Under the pieces are notes generated by a model. It made no database searches and was not told the origin of the DNA. It was given only the letters and a program-made list of their open reading frames with translations. Both the position numbers and the translations under genes were made by a program. Below, one piece after another: positions 27,690 to 37,530 of a stretch of 64,000 bases of DNA. The stretch comes from Dehalococcoidia bacterium (GTDB lineage: Bacteria; Chloroflexota; Dehalococcoidia; DSTF01; JACRBR01), in NCBI GenBank assembly GCA_041494685.1, contig JBGQBE010000009.1, forward strand, positions 15,054-79,053, in the 5' to 3' direction. How positions within the stretch are numbered: the first letter of the stretch is position 1; each line of letters starts with the position of its first letter.

Positions 27690-28595
27690 ATGGGCAAGAT
27701 ACTGGTCACGGGCGGCGCGGGCTTCATCGGCTCGCACGTCGTCGATGCGCTGCTGGCGCGCGGTGACGAGGTGCACGCGCTCGACGATCTCAGCAAGGGG
27801 CAGGTGACGAACCTGCCAGAGCGCGTGCCGCTGCACGTGCTCGATATCGCATCGGGCGCGCTGGAGCGGCTGTTCGCGGAGCAGCGTTTCGACGCCGTCG
27901 TCCACTGCGCTGCGCAGACCAACGTCATGCGCTCGCTCGAGGATCCCGGACTGGACCGCCGCATCAACGTGGACGGCCTGCGGCGCGTGCTCGGCGCGGC
28001 TGAGGCATCCGGCTGCGCCCGCTTCGTCTTCATCTCGTCCGGCGGCGCGGCCTACGGCGAGACGCCCGTACCGGCGACCGAGACGACGGCGCCGCAGCCC
28101 GACAACCCCTACGGCCGCCACAAGGTGGAAGGTGAAACGATCGTCGCCGCGTCCGCCGTGCCGGGCGTGTCGCTGCGGCTCTCGAACGTCTACGGCCCCC
28201 GCCAGCGCTCCGACGCGGAGGGCGGCGTCATCAGCATCTTCGCCGACCGCCTCGCCGCCGGGCAGCCGCTGCTCGTGTACGGCGACGGCAAGCAGCAGCG
28301 CGACTTCGTCCACGTCGATGACGTCGTATCGGCGATCCTGCTCGCTCTCGATGACGCGTCGATGTGCGGCATCTGGAACGTCGGCACGGGCGTACCGACC
28401 AGCGTGAACGACCTGGCCCTGCTGATGATCCGCGCGTCCGGCGGGCAGGGCGGCATCACCTTCTTGCCGGAGCGGCAGGAGATCCGGCGCTCATGCCTTG
28501 ATATCTCGAAGCTCGTCGCCACCGGCCGCTGGGCGCCGCGGCGCGCCCTCGCGGAAGGCATCGAGAGCCTCGCGGAGCACGTGAGGACGACGTAG
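27690..28595 (+). CDS. NAD-dependent epimerase (UDP-glucose 4-epimerase-like)
   Basis: TGGAGFIGSH, YGRHK, NVYGPRQ, GDGKQQRDFVHVDD. Confidence 0.92.
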   Translation: MGKILVTGGAGFIGSHVVDALLARGDEVHALDDLSKGQVTNLPERVPLHVLDIASGALERLFAEQRFDAVVHCAAQTNVMRSLEDPGLDRRINVDGLRRVLGAAEASGCARFVFISSGGAAYGETPVPATETTAPQPDNPYGRHKVEGETIVAASAVPGVSLRLSNVYGPRQRSDAEGGVISIFADRLAAGQPLLVYGDGKQQRDFVHVDDVVSAILLALDDASMCGIWNVGTGVPTSVNDLALLMIRASGGQGGITFLPERQEIRRSCLDISKLVATGRWAPRRALAEGIESLAEHVRTT

Positions 28596-28622
28596 ACGGC
28601 CCGCGCAGCGAGAGAGACACGG

Positions 28623-28653
28623 AGAGGGGGCGCATCGCCGATGCGCCCCCTCT
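28623..28653. terminator. Bidirectional terminator hairpin
   Basis: 15-bp perfect inverted repeat AGAGGGGGCGCATCG / CGATGCGCCCCCTCT between convergent genes. Confidence 0.7.
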
Positions 28654-28671
28654 GTTCGTGCCGCGGCAGTT

Positions 28672-29748
28672 CTACTTCGTGGCGAGGAAGTACTGGTTGA
28701 ACGGGTTCTCAATAGGCAGCCGCTCGAACTTCGAGAAGCCCGCCTCCTCGGCGATCTGGCGCACCTTCGCCGGGCCCATGCAGGCGCCGTAGCCCGTGCC
28801 GCCGTGCGCCAGCGACGCCGTCATGCACTGCAGCATGCTGACGGAGTAGAAGACGCGCCCGACCGGGTTCAGGTTCTCCTCCAGCTTGTCGGAGACGTTC
28901 GGCTCCACGATGAACCAGGCGCCGCCCGGCTTCAGCGCGCCGTAGATCGAGCGCCCCGCGCCGTGCGGGTCCACCATGTCGTGCAGCGCGTCGAGCGTCG
29001 AGACCAGGTCGAAGCTCGCGTCCTGCGGCAGCTCCGTCGCTCCGCGGATCTCGAAGCGCGTGTTGTCCGTCACGCCGGCCTTCGCCGCGTTCGCCTTCGC
29101 CGCTTCGATGCCGGGCGCGTGGTTGTCGAAACCGGTGAAGGACGACTTCGGGAACGCCTTCGCCATCGTGCAGATCGCCTGCCCCCGGCCGCAGCCGATG
29201 TCGGCCACCTTCGCGCCCGCCGTCAGGCGCCCCTCGAAGCCGATCGCCGGAATCCACTGCTGGACGAGGAAGTTGATGTAGCCGGGACGGAAGAAGCGCT
29301 CCGTGCCCTGGAACGTGTCGTTCGTGTACTGGGAGTACGGTACGCCGCCGCCCTCGCGGAACGCTTTGATGATGCCCGGGATGACGGCGTAGTGGTCGGG
29401 CAGCATTTGCGCGAAGCCGCCGACGAATACCGGGCTGTCCTCGTCGGCCAGCACGGCCGCGTGGGCCGCCGGCAGCGCGAATGCCTGCGTCGCCGCGTCG
29501 TAGGTGAGGTAGCCCGATGCAGCCATCGCCGCCGCCCATTCGCGCAGGTAGCGCTCCTGCAGCCCGGTCTTGCCGGCGAGCTGCGGGACGGTGACCGCGC
29601 CTTCCGCCGCCAGCGTCTTGAAGAGATCCAGCCGGTCGCCGATGTAGATGTGCGGCGCGGCCATCGCCGCACCCAGCTCGTTCACCACCTTGAAGGCGAA
29701 CTCCATGACCTGGTCCATGCTCGGTGCTGCTGCTGTCTGGGTCGTCAT
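28672..29748 (-). CDS. Class I SAM-dependent methyltransferase with N-terminal wHTH (Rv2258c-like)
   Basis: IGDRLDLF, ERYLREW, VADIGCGRG, DALHDM; GGAGGA RBS. Confidence 0.9.
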   Translation of the reverse strand: MTTQTAAAPSMDQVMEFAFKVVNELGAAMAAPHIYIGDRLDLFKTLAAEGAVTVPQLAGKTGLQERYLREWAAAMAASGYLTYDAATQAFALPAAHAAVLADEDSPVFVGGFAQMLPDHYAVIPGIIKAFREGGGVPYSQYTNDTFQGTERFFRPGYINFLVQQWIPAIGFEGRLTAGAKVADIGCGRGQAICTMAKAFPKSSFTGFDNHAPGIEAAKANAAKAGVTDNTRFEIRGATELPQDASFDLVSTLDALHDMVDPHGAGRSIYGALKPGGAWFIVEPNVSDKLEENLNPVGRVFYSVSMLQCMTASLAHGGTGYGACMGPAKVRQIAEEAGFSKFERLPIENPFNQYFLATK

Positions 29749-29971
29749 TGCGTGTCCTCCGTGTCGATCAGTCCGTGTCGTGTGCCGGGGAGCGGCCTCG
29801 GCGCCGGTCGTCGTTTGCGTCGTGTGGTCTCCGCGTGCACCTCCTTCCGCGAACATCACCTCGATGTGGCGATTGTCGCGCGGAACGGGCGGCGCGGCGT
29901 CGTGGGATGTACGGAGGTTCGTGCCGTGGCAGTACGGAGATTTCGGCGGCGTCGAGTCGGGGAGTGCTGGC

Positions 29972-32900
29972 CTACTGTTGCGTCGCCGTGAGCCCGGTCT
30001 CGACCGCCCAGGCGGCGATCTGGGCGCGCGAGTTGAAGCCCAGCTTCGAGAGGATGTTGCCCACGTGCGTCTCGATGGTCCGCTCGCCCAGCACGAGCTC
30101 GTCCGCCATGTCGCGGTTTGTCTTGCCTTGCGCCACGAGCGCGGCCACTTCTCGCTCGCGGGCCGTCAGGCCGCCGAAGGCCGCCTTGTCGGCCTGTCGG
30201 AGCGTGGGCACGCGCCTCGGCTGTGTCGCACCCGCGGCGCGGAGGAAGTTGTCCCGCAGCCGCTCGTCGCCGATGGTGGCCGACAGCGACTGGGCGCTCT
30301 CGGCGGAGGCGGCGCGCTCGGCAGCGGCGTCGTCGCGCCGTCCGAGGGCGTCGTAGACGGCGGCGAGGTCGCGCTGCACCTGCCAGAGATACGGCCGGTC
30401 GCCTCGCCGCACGGCTGTGCCACGGGCCGCTTCGAGCGCGGCGGCGGCCTCCTCGTTCCGGCCCAGCGCGGCCAGCGCGCGGCCCTTCAGCCGCCAGACC
30501 GGCGGGATCGCCTCGTCGGACGGGGGGCCCGGCGTCGTGTCGATCATCTGCTGGGCGATCGCCAGCGCCGACGCGGCGTCGCCCTCATGCAGCGCCAGCT
30601 CGCCGCGCGCCCAGTACATCCGCCGGGCGGCCATGTTCCTGAGCAGCACGCCATCGGGCAGCGCTTCATCCAGCACGGCGCGGGCGCGGCGCGGGTCGCC
30701 AGTCTGCAGGTAGGCCAGCGCCAGGTAGCTCGAGACGTTGCCGATCCACCACGCGGAGCCGAGGCGGTTCGCGATCGGCAGCGCCTCCTGCAGGTGGTGG
30801 ATGGCCAGATCGGGCGCGTGCATCAGCACGTAGATCTGCCCCAGCGTGTAGTGCGCGCCGCAGAGCCACTGCTCGTGCTCGATCTCCGACGCGATGCGGA
30901 GCGACTCGTTGCCGTGGTGGATCGCCTCGCTGAACTCGCCGAAGCCTGCTGCCGAAGCTGATGCCGTGAAGTGCGCGAACGCCTGTCCCGCCGGCCAGCC
31001 GATCTGCTGCGCCAGGCGGATCGCTTCGCCGGTATCCGCGCGGCACGCTTCCATCGTCCGGAACACGCTGTAGGCCACGTCCTGCATCGTCGGCGAGGAG
31101 TACGTGCCGCGCGACGACAGCGTGGAGACGAGGCCCCAGTTGTCCTTGAGCGAGCGGTACAGCTCCGCCGCGCGGTCCACCGCCGCGAAGCAGTCGACGA
31201 TGTTGCCGTGGATGCCGTAGCCCATGCCCATGAGGTCCAGCGTGTCGGCGCGGCCTTTCACGTCGTCGATCTCCTCGAAGAGCAGCAGCGCATCGCGGTG
31301 CGCCTGCAGGCCCTCTTCCGCCGCGCCCGTGTTCACGAGCCAGTTCGCGTAGCGGTTGAGGCTCTGCGCGATCAGCTCCCGCCGCCCGAGCGTACGCGCG
31401 AGTTCCGTCGCGCGCTCGAAGAACTCGCCCACGCGCCGGTAGTCGCGTCCCGCCCAGAGGAACCCCAGGTCGATCAGCGCCTGCCACTCCGCCGCGCCGT
31501 CGTTGGCGCTGCGCGCGGCCGCCAGCGCCTGCTCGTCGTCCGCCCGCGCACGCTCGAACTCGCCCAGCAGCTCGTACGACTGTCCGCGCGCCCGATAGAG
31601 ACGGGCCGGCGGCGTGACGCCGAGGTGCCGCGCCGCCTCCATGGCGCGGCCGAAGTGCTCGACCGCGGCGCGCGACGCATAGAGCTTCTGCGCGTTCTCG
31701 CCGACGCGGCGGCAGTAGTAGTACGCCTCGTCCCATGCCCCGCCCTCGTAGAAGTGGTGCGCCAGGTCCGCCAGGTGCGGCTCGATCGCGCCCGCGTACA
31801 GCTGGCGCATGTGCTCGCCGATCGTGCGGTGCAGCGAGCGCCGCTCCCGTGCCAGCAGCCCGGAGTAGATCACGTGCTGCGTCAGCGCGTGCCGGAACGA
31901 GAAGTGGTCGGCCGACTCCTCGACCACGAGCTGCGCGGCGATCATCTCCTTGATCACGCCGAGCAATTCGTCCTCGTCGCGACCGGTGACCCGCTGCAGC
32001 AGCGCGAAGTCGAAGCGGCGGCCCGTAACGGCGGCCGTCGTGAGGATCTGGCGCGCCTCGGTGCTCAGCTGCTGCGTGCGCTGGTACACGGCGTCATGCA
32101 CGCTGCGCGGGATGTCCAGCTCGGAAATCGGCTTGCGCTCCCACGTGCCGTCCGCGTAGAAGATGCCACCCGCCGCAACCAGCGACTTGAGGATCTCCTC
32201 GATGAAGAACGGATTGCCTTCGGTCAGCGATACGATCGGGTCGAGGAACTCCGCGCGCGTCGGCGTGTCCTGCTCGAAGATTGCGCGGATCATCGTGTCG
32301 ACTTCCGCGGCCGAGAGCGGCCGCAGCGCGCATTCGGAGACGAGGCGCTCGCGATCCATGCGCGCCAGCGTGCGGCCGAGCGCCGCGTGCACCTCGTCGC
32401 TGCGGTACGTCAGCAGCAGGAGCGCGCGCAGCGCCGGCAGGCGGCGCGCCAGCACCAGCAGGAACTCGAGGCTTGTGTCGTCGATCCAGTGCACGTCCTC
32501 GACGACGATCAGCAGCGGCTGCCGCTGGGCCAACCGCGCGAAGGACTGCGTGAGCGCCTGGAAGATGCGCCGCTTCTCCTGCTCCGGCTCCAGCGGCGGC
32601 GCCGGCGGCAGTCCGGGCACGATCGACGCGATCTCGGGCATCATCCGCGCGATGTCGGTGGCGTCCTGCCCGAGGCCCTCCGTGATCTCCGCCAGCGATC
32701 GGTCGCGCGTGCAGGCGCGGAGCAGATCCAGCAGCGGCGCGTAGGGGAGCGTCGCGTCCGGCTCGAAGCAGTGTCCCTGAAGGACGAAGAAGCCGCGCTC
32801 GGCGGCGGCGGCGCGCGTCTCCGCGGCCAGGCGCGACTTGCCGATGCCGGCCTCGCCCGCCAGCGTGACCGTGCGGCCGCGGCCGTCACCGGCCGCGTCG

Positions 32901-32983
32901 AGGTCCTGCCGAATCGACTCGACATAATCGGCACGCCCGACCAGGATCGGGCTGACGACGGACTTGTCTCGTGGTGCACCCAT
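29972..32983 (-). CDS. Large ATP-binding LuxR regulator (AAA/STAND-TPR-HTH)
   Basis: GEAGIGKSRL, VEDVHW, TEGNPFF, TPR-like helices, LTAREREVAALVAQG...SRAQIAAW. Confidence 0.93.
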   Translation of the reverse strand: MGAPRDKSVVSPILVGRADYVESIRQDLDAAGDGRGRTVTLAGEAGIGKSRLAAETRAAAAERGFFVLQGHCFEPDATLPYAPLLDLLRACTRDRSLAEITEGLGQDATDIARMMPEIASIVPGLPPAPPLEPEQEKRRIFQALTQSFARLAQRQPLLIVVEDVHWIDDTSLEFLLVLARRLPALRALLLLTYRSDEVHAALGRTLARMDRERLVSECALRPLSAAEVDTMIRAIFEQDTPTRAEFLDPIVSLTEGNPFFIEEILKSLVAAGGIFYADGTWERKPISELDIPRSVHDAVYQRTQQLSTEARQILTTAAVTGRRFDFALLQRVTGRDEDELLGVIKEMIAAQLVVEESADHFSFRHALTQHVIYSGLLARERRSLHRTIGEHMRQLYAGAIEPHLADLAHHFYEGGAWDEAYYYCRRVGENAQKLYASRAAVEHFGRAMEAARHLGVTPPARLYRARGQSYELLGEFERARADDEQALAAARSANDGAAEWQALIDLGFLWAGRDYRRVGEFFERATELARTLGRRELIAQSLNRYANWLVNTGAAEEGLQAHRDALLLFEEIDDVKGRADTLDLMGMGYGIHGNIVDCFAAVDRAAELYRSLKDNWGLVSTLSSRGTYSSPTMQDVAYSVFRTMEACRADTGEAIRLAQQIGWPAGQAFAHFTASASAAGFGEFSEAIHHGNESLRIASEIEHEQWLCGAHYTLGQIYVLMHAPDLAIHHLQEALPIANRLGSAWWIGNVSSYLALAYLQTGDPRRARAVLDEALPDGVLLRNMAARRMYWARGELALHEGDAASALAIAQQMIDTTPGPPSDEAIPPVWRLKGRALAALGRNEEAAAALEAARGTAVRRGDRPYLWQVQRDLAAVYDALGRRDDAAAERAASAESAQSLSATIGDERLRDNFLRAAGATQPRRVPTLRQADKAAFGGLTAREREVAALVAQGKTNRDMADELVLGERTIETHVGNILSKLGFNSRAQIAAWAVETGLTATQQ

Positions 32984-33249
32984 CCGGGAGCCATCCTCCA
33001 GCGCTGAGTATACGCCCGAACGCGCGTCTGCCGTCAGGTGATGCGTACACGGATTGGCAGGCTCAACACTGAGATGCGGGGACGCTCTCCGGCCGCCCGA
33101 ATCTCGTCATCGTGGGCCGCGCGTAGGCATCGCGTGGGGCGGCCGTACAGCGCACCTGCGCTCGGATGCACGAGACTGCTTGCGCAACGTATCGCAATTG
33201 AAGGGGGACGACCGTGGAGCAGGGCACCGGGACGTGCCGATCGATTGTG

Positions 33250-33819
33250 ATGCTGGCAGCCTCCGCGGTCGCCGCCGCGTGCCTGACGCTTGGCTGCTCA
33301 TCGAGCCGCACCAACGCGCCGACGGCCTCGGCGACGCTCGTGGCTGCGATTCCGCCCCCGACACCGAGCGTGGTCTTCCCGGTCGCGCCTGCGAGCCACG
33401 ACGAGCCGGTGTGGGATTTCGTGCGGCAATGGCAGGGCGCGAACATCTCGCCCATCCTCCGCCCGGCGGTCCTGCCTCCGGGACTCGACACTCTGACCAT
33501 TGGCCAGGTACCCGCCAAGGTCGATCCCTATTTCTTGTTTGTGACATACGCCGGGCCGGGAAAGCAGTTGAGCATCGAGGCTGGCGGCATCAATCCGGAC
33601 TACGGCGACTCCCAGCAGATGGTGACCGTCCGGGGACACGACGCCGCGCTCGCGATAAGCTCCGACGGGGTCTGGGTATCGTGGACGGAGCCCGGCATTT
33701 GGGTGCCTGACGATAGGTCTCCGGCCTACGATCACATCAAATACGGCGTCTTTGCGCGGGGTCTGACGCAACAGGAGTTGCTGCAGGTTGCCGAGTCAAT
33801 GACTCCGCTCGGCCCGTGA
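33250..33819 (+). CDS. Hypothetical lipoprotein
   Basis: Lipobox LTLGC followed by Ser/Thr/Pro linker; start may be 33214. Confidence 0.65.
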   Translation: MLAASAVAAACLTLGCSSSRTNAPTASATLVAAIPPPTPSVVFPVAPASHDEPVWDFVRQWQGANISPILRPAVLPPGLDTLTIGQVPAKVDPYFLFVTYAGPGKQLSIEAGGINPDYGDSQQMVTVRGHDAALAISSDGVWVSWTEPGIWVPDDRSPAYDHIKYGVFARGLTQQELLQVAESMTPLGP

Positions 33820-33886
33820 ACATCCAGACCGCGCAGGCTTGTTATCATGCCGCCGCAGCGCGCATCAACCCATCCCAGGAGGCCGA

Positions 33887-35143
33887 ATGAAGACGCTCCC
33901 AGCACACGGCTCGACGCTCGACGAGGTGATGACGCAGATGCGCGCGTTGCAGGTACGCGACGGCGACTACCACAACGCCCGCACCTGGGGACTGATCTAC
34001 AACGCCGGCCCCGACGTGGACGAGGTGCTGCGGGCGGCCGGCGGCCACACGCTGCTCGAGAACGCGCTCAACCCCTTCGTCTTCCCGAGCCTGAAGGAGA
34101 TGCAGCGTGACATCGTCGCGATGTCGGCCGGTTTGCTGCACGGCGGTGAGGCCACCGGCGGCACCGTCACCTCCGGCGGGACGGAATCGATCTTCATGGC
34201 CGTGAAGACGGCCCGCGACAAGGGGCGCGCGGAGCGCGGCATCGACCGTGCCCGGATGGTGCTGCCTCGCACGGCCCATCCTGCGTTCATCAAGGCCGCG
34301 CAGCTGCTCGACGTCGACTGGGTGCACATGCCGCTCGGCGAGGACCTGCGCACGCGCGCCGAGGATCTTGCGCCGATGATCGACGCGCGCACGGTGCTCT
34401 GCGTCGGCTCCGCGCCCGCGTACCCCTTCGGCATGATCGACCCGATCCCGGAGATGGCCGCCGCCGCCTCGGCCGCGGGCGTGCCGTTCCACGTCGATGC
34501 CTGCCTGGGCGGCTTTATGCTGCCGTGGGTGGAGAAGCTGGGCCGCAGCGTAACGCCCTGGGACTTTCGCGTGCCGGGCGTCACCAGCATCTCGGCCGAC
34601 GTCCACAAGTACGGGTACGGCATCAAGGGCGCGTCCGTGCTGCTGCACCGGCCGAAGGAGAACCTGCGCCACCAGGTATTCATGTTCGCCGACTGGCCCG
34701 GCGGCATCTACGGCTCGCAGGCCTTCCAGGGCACGAAGCCGGCAGCGCCTATCGGCGCGGCGTGGGCCGTCATGCACTATCTCGGCGAAGAAGGCTACCT
34801 GCGCCTCGCGCGGCAGACGCTCGACGCCACCGACCGCCTGCTCGCCGGCGTCCGCGCGCTGGACGGCGTGCACGTCTGGGGCGAGCCCGACATGACCGTC
34901 GCGGCGATCGGCTCCCGCGACCTCGACATCATGGCCGTCGGCGACGCGCTGAACGCGCGCGGCTGGCACTTCGACCGCCAGGACCAGCCGCCGGCGCTGC
35001 ACCTCATGGCGAGCCCGCGCCACGCCCTCGTCGTCGACGAGTTCCTGCGTGACCTCGCCGCCGCCGTCGCCACGGCCGCGCCCGCCAGCGCCACCGCCGC
35101 CACCTACGGTGACGACGTCAGCGCCGAGGCCGGCGCGCGATAG
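33887..35143 (+). CDS. PLP-dependent decarboxylase / sphingosine-1-phosphate lyase-like
   Basis: TSGGTESI, HVDACLGG, SISADVHKYGYGIKGAS. Confidence 0.9.
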   Translation: MKTLPAHGSTLDEVMTQMRALQVRDGDYHNARTWGLIYNAGPDVDEVLRAAGGHTLLENALNPFVFPSLKEMQRDIVAMSAGLLHGGEATGGTVTSGGTESIFMAVKTARDKGRAERGIDRARMVLPRTAHPAFIKAAQLLDVDWVHMPLGEDLRTRAEDLAPMIDARTVLCVGSAPAYPFGMIDPIPEMAAAASAAGVPFHVDACLGGFMLPWVEKLGRSVTPWDFRVPGVTSISADVHKYGYGIKGASVLLHRPKENLRHQVFMFADWPGGIYGSQAFQGTKPAAPIGAAWAVMHYLGEEGYLRLARQTLDATDRLLAGVRALDGVHVWGEPDMTVAAIGSRDLDIMAVGDALNARGWHFDRQDQPPALHLMASPRHALVVDEFLRDLAAAVATAAPASATAATYGDDVSAEAGAR

Positions 35144-35152
35144 GGCGGCTCG

Positions 35153-36088
35153 CTACGCCAGGCACGTAGGCAGCTTGCCGCCGTTGAACGCGATCAGGTC
35201 CGTCACCGCCTTCGAGGGCAGGGGCGCGCCGCGCGGTTCGCCGCGCAGCTCGCTGTACGCGCGATGAAGGTTCGAGACGAGCCGCTCGCCGTCCAGCCAC
35301 GCGCCGAACCGCCCCAGGTCGAGCCCGCAGGCGACCTCCAGCGGTTCGACGCCGGCCGCCATGCCGCGCCGCGCCGCGTCGAGCACCAGTTGCAGATACT
35401 CCGTGAGGTCGTCCATCACGCCGGGGGCGCAGATCGCGCCGTGTCCCGGCACGATCGTCTCGGCACCGAGCGCGCGCAGCCGGTCCAACGCATCGATCCA
35501 CCCTCCGACCGAGCCCGCCAGGGCGAACGGCGCGCCTCCGCTGAACAGGACGTCGCCCGCGAAGAGCATCTTTCGCTCCGGGATCCACGCCACGATGTCG
35601 TTCGTCGTGTGCGCGGGGCCGACGAAGATCAGCTCGACTTTCAGGTCGTCCACCCACAGGTCCAGCCGGTCGTCGAACGTCACCGTCGGCGCCGCGAGGA
35701 CGAGGTCGCCCCATTCGACGCCGGGGAAGAAGCCGCGCGCGCCCAGCCCCTCGCGGAGGATCGTCTCGCGGCAGTCCGTGTGGCCGATGATCGCCGAGTC
35801 CGGAAACAGGTAGTTGCCGAACGTGTGGTCGCCGTGGTGATGCGTGTTCACGAGGGCCTGTACCGGCCGCGCCCCCGCCTGCTTGCGGATCGCGTCGATG
35901 AACCCGCGCGTCCGGCGCTCCGTGAAGCACGAGTCGATCGCCAGCACCGACTCGCGCCCGACGATGAAGCCGCTGTTGTTCAGCCCCCAGCTTCCGTCCA
36001 TCTGGATGAAGCCGAAGATGCCGGCGCTCACCTCTTCGACGTGCGGCGGCGTCGGGCCGGCGGCGTCGGGCGCGTGCGTCGATGTCAT
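35153..36088 (-). CDS. MBL-fold metallo-hydrolase (cyclase-like)
   Basis: NTHHHGDHTFGN, AHT, FAGD, VPGHG. Confidence 0.9.
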   Translation of the reverse strand: MTSTHAPDAAGPTPPHVEEVSAGIFGFIQMDGSWGLNNSGFIVGRESVLAIDSCFTERRTRGFIDAIRKQAGARPVQALVNTHHHGDHTFGNYLFPDSAIIGHTDCRETILREGLGARGFFPGVEWGDLVLAAPTVTFDDRLDLWVDDLKVELIFVGPAHTTNDIVAWIPERKMLFAGDVLFSGGAPFALAGSVGGWIDALDRLRALGAETIVPGHGAICAPGVMDDLTEYLQLVLDAARRGMAAGVEPLEVACGLDLGRFGAWLDGERLVSNLHRAYSELRGEPRGAPLPSKAVTDLIAFNGGKLPTCLA

Positions 36089-36137
36089 GGTCGCTCTCCT
36101 GTCCGGTTGTCCCGGCGGCCCGTCGCACGCGGCCGCC

Positions 36138-36293
36138 TCACGAGCGCTTCACGAATCGATTGCGCAGCACGCCGATCCCCGCCACCTCCAGGTAGCCGGC
36201 GATGTAGTCCCAGGCGTCTTCCTTCGGGATGTCCACGCCGACCCGCCGGGCGGCGCCGAGTGCTGTCTCGATCGCAAACGTGCAGAGCTTCAT
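36138..36293 (-). pseudogene. 51-aa in-frame remnant of a fumarylacetoacetate-hydrolase-family gene
   Basis: Own translation: MKLCTFAIETALGAARRVGV-DIPKEDAWDYIAGY-LEVAGIGVLRNRFVKRS; three separated FAH-family segments joined; GGAG RBS. Confidence 0.7.
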
Positions 36294-36457
36294 GGGCCGA
36301 CTCCAGCCGCAAGCGTACCCGCGGCGACCCCTTCGGCGTAAGAGCGCGGCACGACTAGAGGCCCACCGTTACGGTGGCCTCTAGTCGTACGGCGCCGGGC
36401 TCCGCGGGTGGGGAGGCATCGGAGAGCCTGGTGCACGAGAGGAGCGGAGCGCCGTGA

Positions 36458-36733
36458 CTACGGCGGGCCGATAGTTGCGATCGTGGCCATCACCAGCGCG
36501 GCGGCGACGCCGAGGCTGAGCACCAGGACGCTGATCAGCCAGGTGAGGGCGCGCGCCATCGACGTGACGTACTGGCGCTGGTGCACCACCCTCGGCGATG
36601 AACTGGAACCCATGAAGAGGTGGGCGCCGTCCCAGGCGAGGATCGCGGCGCCGGTGAGCGCGGCCATGCTCAGAAACACATAACCGCTGACGAGCACGGG
36701 AACGACCAACAGCATTGTGGGGATGGCGTTCAT
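36458..36733 (-). CDS. Small hypothetical membrane protein
   Basis: Two hydrophobic helices, AGAGGAG RBS, ATGA overlap with upstream regulator. Confidence 0.6.
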   Translation of the reverse strand: MNAIPTMLLVVPVLVSGYVFLSMAALTGAAILAWDGAHLFMGSSSSPRVVHQRQYVTSMARALTWLISVLVLSLGVAAALVMATIATIGPP

Positions 36734-37377
36734 GACTTCGTAGCTCCTCTCTGCGACGCCGCCGACGCGCGATACGCGAACACGGCCGCCTGGACGCGGT
36801 TTCGGGCATGCAGCTTCCGCAGGATGCGGCGCACATGCTGTTTGACTGTGCTGTTCTGGATGCCGAGTGCGGCCTGGATCTGACGATTACTCCACGCGCA
36901 TGCGACGAGCGCCAGCACCTCGCGCTCCCGCGGCGTGAGGTGCTCCGGCGGGTCGGCGTACTCCGCCTGGTGGAGCGCCATGCCGAGCGGCGCCGGCTCT
37001 GCACGCGACGTGCCGCCGTCGCTCACCGTGCGGATGCGCTCGAAGATCTGGGTCGCACGGGCGCTGGAGTGCAGGACGCCGTTGACGTCGCCGTCGATCT
37101 CCGTGTGCGCCTGAGTTGCGTACGGCGGTACGAGCATGAGGACCTTGATGTGGGGGCTGACGTGGTGAATGCGCCGGGCCGTCTCCTGACCGCCCGCCGC
37201 CGGCAGATCGAGCGCCAGTAGGACGACGTCCGGCTGCTCGCGGCGCGCCTGCTCAACGGCCTCGACGGTGTCGGCGGCTTCGCCGACCACGCGCATGTCC
37301 GGCTGGGTGGCCAGGAGCTGGGCCAGCCCTTCGCGGAACAGCGGTTCTCCGTCTGCCACGATGACCCTGGTCGTCAT
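36730..37377 (-). CDS. NarL/LuxR-type regulator with degenerate receiver
   Basis: LTPREREVLAL...TVKQHVRRILRKL HTH; receiver has Ala at the phospho-Asp site (VVLLALDLP). Confidence 0.85.
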   Translation of the reverse strand: MTTRVIVADGEPLFREGLAQLLATQPDMRVVGEAADTVEAVEQARREQPDVVLLALDLPAAGGQETARRIHHVSPHIKVLMLVPPYATQAHTEIDGDVNGVLHSSARATQIFERIRTVSDGGTSRAEPAPLGMALHQAEYADPPEHLTPREREVLALVACAWSNRQIQAALGIQNSTVKQHVRRILRKLHARNRVQAAVFAYRASAASQRGATKS

Positions 37378-37467
37378 GAACGCTCACTCCTTCGCCGTCC
37401 ACCACGATCAAATCTACGGCCGGGGTATCCGGCCGGCTATCGCGCAAACAGATGATCGAGGGGCGAG

Positions 37468-37490
37468 GAGTGGCTATCCCGTGCTAGTGC
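37468..37490 (-). promoter_or_regulatory. Shared upstream motif copy 1
   Basis: GCACTAGCACGGGATAGCCACTC on minus strand; near-identical to 39733-39755. Confidence 0.5.
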
Positions 37491-37530
37491 GAGCACCCTA
37501 GCGGGGAGGCGTACGTCCGGGACGGCCGCG

